DNA from: Octopus vulgaris
Lineage: Eukaryota
DNA length: 64,000 nucleotides
Assembly (NCBI GenBank): GCA_951406725.2
Contig: OX597818.1
Location: 7,564,001 to 7,628,000, forward strand
Reading direction: 5' to 3'
This document shows positions 54,281 to 64,000 of the stretch, piece after piece. Below the pieces are notes generated by a model. It did not search any database. It was not told where the DNA came from and was given only the letters and a program-made list of their open reading frames with translations. The stretch's first letter is position 1, and every line of letters starts with the position of its first letter. The translations under genes were made by a program, and so were the position numbers.

Positions 54281-55264
54281 AAGAGGATGAACAGAGGAGC
54301 CCTCATTCTATTCTGTTAGCAAAAGAGTCTGATTCCACTCAACGTGCATCACACAATATTTATGATGTATATCTTCGAAACAAATTCCATCATATAGCAC
54401 ATCCTAAAATCTGCATGTATATGTATATGTGTGTGTGCATGTGTGTATTTTTGTGTGCTGTGTATCTGTGTGTCTGTGTATGTATGTAAGTGCGTGTGTT
54501 ATGTGCCTCAGCCTCGACTTGAGTTCATATTCTAATAATCTGTCAAAATTCCTTTTATTAGTTAAATACGATCCGTATTTAGTTCTCCTTACGTTTGTTT
54601 CCTTCAGAAGGTGCCTTAATTCCACATGTCATTTGCGGCGATTTTATTTAAAGATATAGAATTAAGCATGCTCATCGTTTCTATGTATTCTTAAAACGAA
54701 CTTATAGATTGTATTTGAGATGAAAGTCTCTGATACATTTCAATAGGTGTTTCTAATACGTTTTTGAAATATGAAAAAATGATGTTTCTTCCGGAGTATC
54801 GTCTCCTCAGTTTGTACCGCAAGCAATACACTCTCTGGAGTATCCATATTTATTTGATAGAGTACGAGCGGCCGAAAGAAAATTTGGCTACTATTTCTAA
54901 CCAACGTAGGAACTTCACAATTCTTCACAGTTCGATCAAATATACAGAAAGTATGATAAAAAATATTCCAGAAGTTTCTGTAAGCGAATAAAGAAGTGGT
55001 TAAGAAATGATGAACTATTTTGTTGTGATAAATACAAAGATTATTTTTCGTTGTATATGTTAGCATTTTATTGTCTCGATAAAATTTAAACGAATATATC
55101 AAACATTCATTCTTTAACTACATACAAACATGTACATACACACATACACACACACAGAAACACTCAGACACACACATACAAATAAATAGTACTGATATAC
55201 CTACCTATAAATATATACATTTATGAATATATATATATATATATCCCAAAATATGTGTATATAC

Positions 55265-55346
<82 letters not shown>

Positions 55347-57184
55347 AAAGGTATGTGTATATATACGTGTATGTATGCATAATGTACACGTATGTATATC
55401 TATATATCTATTTATATTTGTACACTCACAGATATATATTCACGCTATATACACACATAATTAGTTTGGGAAATTGATAGTTTCATTATTTGAAAAAAAG
55501 GACATCGTCTTGCATTTTCACAACATTTAGTCAATCAATTTAGAAACAGGCTGCTTCTATTTTCAGGAAAGTTCTTTTCTTTTTGATTTATTTTTAATTC
55601 ACTTGCTTCTTTGTTCCTTGCAGTTTTGCTCACACACCACTATCTCACCAACGAAATTTACATTACAATGTGTATTTCAGTAGCTGAACAATGGAAGCAT
55701 TCCAAAACGACCACGTCATTTCTGATCGTTATTAGTGTCTTTTCAATAAATGAAAAGATTTCTTTGAAAATTCTTTTACTTTTGTATATTTTAAACTTGA
55801 ATGCAACCGTTTTAAATTTTTGTTTAATTCATTTTTTAAAACTTTGTTGTTGCTTTTCACGTTTTCCTATATAGTCTCCATTGTTCGATATTGTTTAGCA
55901 TTTTTATTTGTATCTTTTAAATATTTTAATCATATATTAATTTATTTTCGGCTCTTCCTTCATGTTGTATTTAAAATTTTCTATTTAAATATATTTTGAA
56001 CATTTCAAAAATAAGCACTGAGTACATTCTGTAGAGTTTATATTTATGATTAAACAATAATTGTTGACTGCTATGTAATATAAAATTTCGAAATACCAAC
56101 GCACGGATATTAGTAGGACCAACAATGTCATCAGCCACATGTCTGGTAAATTTTGGAGAAAAAAACCTTAATAGAGGTTCATCGTCACTTGCATTTGATT
56201 ATGCATTCAAGAAAACTGCATCGTTAGTAGATTGAAAGTTGATTTATTTCTTATCGGCTTGCTTACTCGAACATTTAGATATTCACACACATATATATGC
56301 CTGGATATATATATATATATATATATATGCATATACGTATATACATGCTTATATGTATGTATATACATGCAGATATATATATATATATGCATACTGCATA
56401 TATATATTTATAAAGAGAAAAGAATTAGTTTTAAATCTCTGAGCGAGAAATATGCAGTAGACAGTACTGAACAGTAAAGTCTAATTGCCAACACAATGTG
56501 GCAATCCTACACAGGACGATGTTGCCACATTTTAGCACCAGGAAACTATCTTTTCCAGCTGGCTACCGACACATGGTCTGTGTTTCTATACTATAAGCAA
56601 GGGGGTTTATATTACTCCCTTTCTGGTCTTAGCGATACATGTAAACCAATTGCTTCTGGGTTTTTTAACTTCCTCTGTATTTCCTGGACAATCAAGATCT
56701 CAAATATGGCTAGCTAATTTCATATGTACGTGTCCAAAAAGAAACTGGGGGTTGCTTTATCCTTCTTCCAAACTCACATTTGTACGAACAAACTTACTAT
56801 TATGCCGAGTGTCATGACATCAGGTAGCCGAACTCGTATCTGTAGCAATGTATTTGACTGAGTCAAAGGGATAAGAAATCGTAGGAAGTCGAAAGGTGTC
56901 ATTCGTGAGTTCGTGGAGTAGCAGGGGATTGTCGAGAAGTTGTTATAGTTTGTTGAGAGTTGTTTTGGATTGAATACAGTGCTTAGCAGATTATTTGGAA
57001 ATAAATCAAGTGGAGAAAGTTGGTTTCTACCCCGTTATGTTTTTCTATATATCACACTGTGTTAGTGCATGACACTGGGATGACATACAGAAACTACGTT
57101 ATAAAACTTACATACGTACAAATATACATACATTTACAAACACAGATACAAGAATACGCAGACACAGTGACACACACACACATC

Positions 57185-57345
57185 TACGACTGGATTCTTT
57201 CAGTTTCCGTGTACCTAATCCACTCACACGGCTTTGGTCCGCCTGAGACTATAGTAGAAGACTTTTGCCCGAGGTGCCACGTAGTAGGACTGAGTTCGGA
57301 ACCGTTTTGTTGGGAAGCTAGCTCCTTGCTATGCAGACACGCCTG
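57185..57345 (-). mobile_element. SINE 5' half
   Basis: Reverse complement of the 57430-57570 head. Confidence 0.8.
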
Positions 57346-57429
57346 CACTGTGTTCTTGACATTAGGTAGCCGAATACTGTGGACGGCATTTAAAAGGCAT
57401 ACTACAAAGTTTACACCTGATGTGTTGTA

Positions 57430-57875
57430 AGAAGCTTGCTTCCCAACCATATGGTTCCGGGTTCTGTTCCACTACGTGGCACATTCGGAAAGTGATTACT
57501 ACTGTAACCTCGGGCAGATCAAAGCCTTCTGAGCAGATTTGGTAAACGAAAACTTAAAGAAGCCGGTCGTATATGTGTGTGTATGTTTGTGTATGTATGT
57601 ACGCGTGCGTGCGAGTATGTTTCTGTGTGAGTGTGTGTGTTTATGTGTGTATGTGCTTGCGTATTTCAGTGTGTGTGTTTAACTCCACTCCCGATTTAAC
57701 CTCCGCTATTGATGTGTTTACGTCCCCGCAACTTAGATGTTCGGCAAATAAAGCTGATAAGATAAGAACCAGGCTGAAAAAAAAATGTACTCGACGTATT
57801 TGGCTAAAAATACTTCAAGTCGCTTCCCCAACACGGCCATATTCTAATAATTGAAACAATGGTAAGAAAAGATAC
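57430..57875 (+). mobile_element. tRNA-derived SINE with internal GT microsatellite
   Basis: aagcttgcttcccaaccatatggttccgggttctgttccactacgtggcac..tttggtaaacgaaaacttaaagaagcc, GT tract, ttgatgtgtttacgtccccgcaacttag..tgaaacaa tail. Confidence 0.8.
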
Positions 57876-58788
57876 ATATATTGAGCATACTTAATGTATT
57901 TACTTTTCCTGAGCTTACAATTTTATTGTATTATATGTATTACACACACACACACACACACGCACACACACACACACACATATATGTATAAACACAAAAA
58001 CATACATATGTACATACATGCACGTACATATATAAGAGAAATAACTACCAAAGTGGATTCCTAATATACTAGAAGAAGACACTAAATCGTGTAACCAATT
58101 TTATATATATGTAGTGAAATTTCAACTTAGTCCGATTTTTACATCTTTTTGTACTTTATGATATATTCCAATGTTATATTTTTGTATTTTTATAATATTA
58201 CATATTCCAATATTACGCACACTTCCATATATTTATCCCTCTTCAGGTGCTAGTTGCATTTGACGACCTAAAAGAAATGCCTGAATTTTTCTTTGAAATA
58301 CTTCCTGATAAGGTCCAGCAGGCTGCATTTTATGGACAAAATCTTAATCATTTAGCCTGCAGATTAGACGTAACAGCTTAATGAAAGCGGTAACAAAGTT
58401 AACATGCAGTGCACTTATAGAAACGTTTTAACAAATGAGAATCATTGATAGGGTATGCGGCTACTGTCAGATGTTCAGAATTTTTTGATGTTGAAAAATG
58501 TAATCCCGTCTTAAATGTATTTAAATGATATAATATGTTAATTCGAATTAATAACACCATCAATATTAACATAGTTTGGACTAAAATTCAATTTAACTAA
58601 CATTGTTATTATTATTCTTTATATTATTTTCAACTCTAAACGGGTTTTTGGCTGTTCTGTAAAATTCCTATCCCTTAATCTTTTTCTCTCCACTTGAATA
58701 GTAAAGTGTGTAAATAGGGAATATTATGAACATTTCATTACGGAAATTTTCTAAATGATTGCTTGATGAGATTAGAGGAACATACGGT

Positions 58789-59660
58789 CTCAAATTTGTT
58801 CTCATTATACTTGCGTACATTCCAATAATGTTCCAGTAATGATTTTCCTGCCTTTCTGATATATATTTGTTCGCAATTAGGGCATTTGATGCAGTGAATT
58901 AATATTGCATTCGTCCGGTTTATGTGTTTTCATACTGACACTGTCATGTATTCCACCAATTATCATTGTATTTGCATACCATAATATGTTGTCATTGTTG
59001 TGTAGGTCCAATTTCACCGTTGTTAACAATTCCTTCCAGATTTTTGCTATCTTTTTCTTTCAACAAGAATACGATCAGTAAGTAAATTTTTTTAGCATTA
59101 TCGCTTGATGAAACGAAATTTGATTTGGCGACATGAGAATTATTTTGACAACATGCATTGTATTACCTATAACAGGTATAATATTCTGAGTTTGCGTTCT
59201 TGCTCCTTGAATTAGTCGAACTTGTTCTGTAGCTATTTATTTTGCAGCTTGTATAACATTTCTTTATATTCGGGGCTGGAAATTTTATTTATGGACAAGA
59301 AAACATTTGATGTCTGTCAGTCGTTTGCCTCTGGTATCTACATAATCTACATCATCAAGGATTGTAGAAAGTTTCTCGTCTAGATAATATGACATATTAT
59401 GTTTTGTACGTACTGGATGGATGACAAAAATTTCAATTACATAACTGTTTCAATGACTTTATAATGTATTCTTTGTGACGTAGGTACCATTTTTGAATTA
59501 CATCAATATCCAGAAACAGTACATTTTTATTGCTCATCTCCGTTGTGAATTTCAAAGTCGGATGTAAATTGAGTGGAATTTGAATTCTTCAAATTAGCTA
59601 CAGATTTTTTCCAAATTAGGAAACAAATGTCAAAATAGATTTCCCGTGCGTCCATTATAA
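58789..59660 (-). mobile_element. Neptune-type Penelope-like element fragment: RT C-terminus/thumb to GIY-YIG start
   Basis: YFDICFLIWKKS..LHPTLKFTTEMSNKNVLFLDIDV (YIDDxFxxW..IKFT..FLD) and LIHCIKCPNCEQIYIRKAGKSL (IYxIxCxxC..YIGxT). Confidence 0.85.
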
Positions 59661-59735
59661 ATCTAAATCGGTGAATTTTCTTCACACCACATCTCTTTCT
59701 CTCTCTCTCTCACTATCACTGTATATATGTATATA

Positions 59736-59779
<44 letters not shown>

Positions 59780-59784
59780 ATATA

Positions 59785-59821
<37 letters not shown>

Positions 59822-61104
59822 GAATATACATGTGTGTGTCTGTGTGTATGAAATATATATTGTGATTTTAAAATCAATCCGTATAGAACAGCATATTTTC
59901 AATTGGACTTTTGTCATAAGCATCGCGAAATTTACAATATCATGGTTACAATGCAATTCAGTTTCTTTCTCTCAGGGCAGTAAAAATTTCGACAAGTAAA
60001 ATAAAGACACTTCTTTCAACAAAGAAACTAACATATAAGATTTTTCACTCTAAGAAATGGATCATTGTTTACACTTCCTCATCCTGTCTCATCCATATCA
60101 TAACTAGTCAATAAGTTAATTCAGCTTCATAAACGTCCCAGGAATGACGGAGCATTTGTAAAGCTACAATATAGTAAAACACATTTCAGATAGAAGCACA
60201 AATAAAGAGAGAAAGAGAGAGAGAGAGAAAGACAGACAGGGAGAGAGATGGAAAGAAACTGGAAGAGAAAGACAGTATCAGTGAAAGAGAAAGACAAAGA
60301 CATTTACATATTGTGTAGAATTTGAGAGAAATTCCTAAAACTTCTTAGTTTTGTAGAATATTTCGGGAAAATATTCTTTCAAGATTAAAGTAGGGATAAA
60401 CAATGTGTTGATATGTAAAGCATTTCTCTAAGAACCTAAACTTTATCTGATATACAAAAGTGCTTGAAACGAGATCTTAACATTGCGGAAATAATGATAT
60501 TGTATCATAAGGAGTCTAAACAAGATTGGTACCATTATTGGCGATCACAGTTATAAAAATTAGCTTGCATCTAATTGTAACATACTAAGTTACAAGGACA
60601 TTTTATAAATTTCCTCGTAAAATACATTTGTGTGTTTACATGTGGGAACAGAAAAAATTCTCTGCAGGCGTATTAACAAAAGATAATGTAAGAAATATTT
60701 ATTGAATTTACCTTTATGTAGTGATATTATATGTGTGTAGTAATATTATATAGCGTGAGAATTTGTGCGTTTGTCTCTATGTTACAGTAAAAAAGATACT
60801 CAGATTCAGGGCGTCCAAAATCGCTGGGAGAAAACGTGTGTATTTCGTCAGACTGGACGGCTGGGATACTAGTGATAAATGAAATACTGCTAAAGGATCC
60901 AAGATGTTGAGTGAAAGTGTAGAGTCGGTTAGCAGAAACATACTCTTTGCCAAGTTTCTCATCATTCGCTGTTTTGCAATATCACTCACAATCAATTAGT
61001 CATCCCAAGGCCACGGTAAAAAAAACACATGGATTAGTAAAATGGGAATGAAACAATGGGATTGAACAAGAACCACTATGGTTGTAATGCAAACGTCTTA
61101 AACG

Positions 61105-61122
61105 AAGAGGTATCATGCACTG

Positions 61123-61162
<40 letters not shown>

Positions 61163-61251
61163 TTATTTATTTCTGTGTGTATATATGTATATATATATAT
61201 ATATATATACATGTATATATATGTATATATATATATATATGTATGTATATA

Positions 61252-61335
<84 letters not shown>
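61105..61335. repeat. (AT)n microsatellite
   Basis: Direct inspection. Confidence 0.95.
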
Positions 61336-61337
<2 letters not shown>

Positions 61338-62154
61338 AAAATTCGCTAAAATATTCCCAAATAGGTTCATGTCATACAGTTTAACTCTTTTGTTTTCTAT
61401 TTTTACGCCGTTGGCTTTTTATGGAATGTGTCTTCTTCGCATCCACCTAAAAAATAACACAAAACAGAATGATAAATTGAAAATGGAAGAGAAAGTAGAA
61501 AAATAAAAAAAAAGAAACTGAAAGCATAAAATAGGGAGAGAAGGTGAAAGCGTTAGAAACGAAGGAACAGAGAAACAAAATGTGAAATAAAAAAGCGATG
61601 AGAGAAAAACAAAAGAGATAACAGTAAAAATAAATATGAAAAAGACGATGAAATGTTACAAAGCAATCTAAATAGAACGAAAAGATTTATCTCTGCTGAT
61701 GTCAACAACCACTTAAAACATACTATGAACTCTTTTAACTGCGGTCATTGAATGCTTTAAATCTCAAAATGTGTGTGTCCAGAAGTGCTATTGATATTAT
61801 GTTGTTTCTGAAAACAATTTAAAATTTCACATATATTTCATACCTTTCTCCTGAAGCCCTTCGGCTATCTTCTATGGTAATGCAACATTCATTGATTTAC
61901 AACAAAACACTCGTGCGCGCACATACACACACACATACACACACACAAACAAACAAACATACTCACATGGCCACACACAAAATTGCCACCAACAACATTA
62001 TCGACTGAAGACCCTCATCAAAATAAATCTAAGCCTCACATTTTATGTTGAAAGCTCATTCGAAAGCAATCAATATTGCCAGTATACTATGTCTATGTCA
62101 TTATCACCATAATTTAAGTCTTTAACAATTATAATGTTGAGCATCATTATGGTC

Positions 62155-62186
<32 letters not shown>

Positions 62187-62277
62187 CATCATCATTGTCA
62201 TGTATATGATTAAAATCATCATCAATATCATTCTAAATGTACCGAAATTTATATTTACACCAACAACAATAATGCTG

Positions 62278-62805
62278 GTGTCAAATTTTGGTGCAAGAGC
62301 AGCAACTCTTCGGAAGGAGGTAAGTCGATTACATCGACCTCAGTGCTTAAGTCGCACTTCTTTCATCCCCACGAAAAGATTAAAAGCAAAGTCGATCTCG
62401 GTGGGATTTGAATTTAAAACATAAAGACTGACGAAAGGCCGCTAAGCATTTTTCCTGGGGTGATAACGATTCAACCAGCTTACCGCCTTGATAATACTTC
62501 AAATCCTGGCACAAACCAGTAATTTGAAAGGGAGGGGTTAGTCGGTTACACTGATTCCAACACTCAACTGGTACTTATTTTATCGACTAAAATAGAAAGA
62601 TGTTTTTTTTTTGTAATTTGGAGTAATAATAATGATAAGGACTTTCAGAACGATGGTGGAGTTAGTGGTGGCAGCGGGGAAATCTATTACACCGATTTCA
62701 GTACCTAACTGGTACTTATTTTACCGAACCTAAAATAATGAAAGGAAAAGTCGACCTCGGTGTAATTTGACCTCAGAACTTAAAGGTGAACGAAATGCCG
62801 TTAAT
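62278..62805 (-). mobile_element. Cluster of three Meta-domain SINE copies or fragments
   Basis: Reverse complements of the 15559 family at ~62278-62490, 62500-62590 and 62680-62805. Confidence 0.8.
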
Positions 62806-63129
62806 AGGCATCTTAAAGCTGCGATATATACATTTCCAAGTAAGATTTTCATTCGTCCCGTATTGCATTAAATACTGGGCCACAGATGCTGTTGGAATTT
62901 TCAAAAATTTTTCTATCTACACTTTTGCTTGAAAATGAAATAGTTCCAAAAATACTATCGATTCAATGTGTTTTCAAACAGCTGCAACATGAATGGACCG
63001 CAGTATATGGAATGATGTAAGAGTTACTTGTTTATTTTTGATGCTATTTTCCAAATGACTTATTTTAATATTTGGAATATTTCCTTCTATAAATAGTTCA
63101 CTGTTCTGTATATTTTTTCTCTGTTGCAG

Positions 63130-63240
63130 ATATATTTATGTGTTTTGATCTTGTGTCTTTTGTGCCATTGTTGATATTATACGTAATAGCCGTCTTTGAC
63201 ATAAAAATATATGTGGAAATACAATTTTGGACTATGCAAA
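63130..63240 (+). CDS. Candidate 111-nt internal exon encoding a hydrophobic segment
   Basis: Polypyrimidine tract plus ttgcag acceptor and gtaagc donor. Length is divisible by 3 and only one frame is open (IFMCFDLVSFVPLLILYVIAVFDIKIYVEIQFWTMQ). Confidence 0.35.
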
Positions 63241-63389
63241 GTAAGCTTCTTTCTTTTGTTCTCAAACTCCGTGCGTCAAGGATAGCTTCTTATGCGATTA
63301 TTTTCCTTTATATAATTAATTTTATTTAACTATGCTTGACTAGAACGTGTTTTAAACAGTGAAACAAAAGTATATTTTCCCTTAATACA

Positions 63390-64000
63390 AGTAAAATGCA
63401 AAGACGAGAAGGAGGTAGGAAGAGAATGCTACCAGAATGACCGATCCATTTGATTTGTCATCCACACAACTCTTTCAATTGCAGCTATCAGCTTATCGTA
63501 CGGCGTTGTGTCCACTTCCATCTGTCACAGTAAACAAAAGAGACCGGAAAAACTCTTCTACATGCAGCCACATAGCCTAGGGCCAGTTTTGACCCATGAA
63601 AACCGTATTGTGCATTTGTCTTTATGCTATACTTCTGTTGCACTGATCCACTGAATGGAATTTTCTCCCTCGTGTTTATTGTCATATCTCTCACTCATGT
63701 TCCGCTTTGATAACTTGATCCCGGACAATTCTCGCCGGTAGCATTTCGGTAGAACTACGTTTTTAAAATCCACTCCAATTTCCTTGCTTCACTTCTAATT
63801 TAGTTCTCTTTGTTACCATTTTACTGGACGCTATTGATTTCCTGAATATTTTGCTGTGATTCACCTTTCATAACTTCTTTCTTTAATACCACACCACTAC
63901 CACCATTAATTGACGTTCGACAGCATCAACTGCCCACAGTTTTTCTGTTTGGGAAAACTTGCTAAGATTCACAAACTAGGCTCCTGTTTTTCCCCTCATC
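63390..64000 (-). mobile_element. Possible very old LINE (Tx1-like) 3' remnant
   Basis: Only weak motifs (AAIERVVWMT) in stop-riddled frames. Confidence 0.3.

Overview
AT-rich, microsatellite-dense animal genomic DNA. The SINE/LINE repertoire and the TAA/CA/AT repeats suggest an octopus or other coleoid cephalopod (inference). No intact protein-coding gene is evident; at most there are one or two candidate exons near 58.2 kb and 63.1 kb. The window is mostly decayed transposons: RTE, R4/Dong-type and L1/Tx1-type LINE fragments, two Helitron derivatives with STPR-like 23-aa repeats, many tRNA-derived SINEs, a foldback-like palindromic element, a ~1.9 kb (TTA)n array and many Penelope-like element (PLE) relics. 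The most notable signal is a set of distinct type I hammerhead ribozyme motifs in PLE-type terminal repeats. One has an unusually long stem II (30400-30503). One lies inside a 485-bp-period direct-repeat, retrozyme-like unit (38170-38733). An inverted pair flanks a GIY-YIG remnant (49590-50345), and a core variant sits at 1665-1702. All have short palindromic or near-palindromic stem III regions, typical of hammerheads that cleave as dimers. Everything was read by eye, so family assignments and boundaries are approximate.
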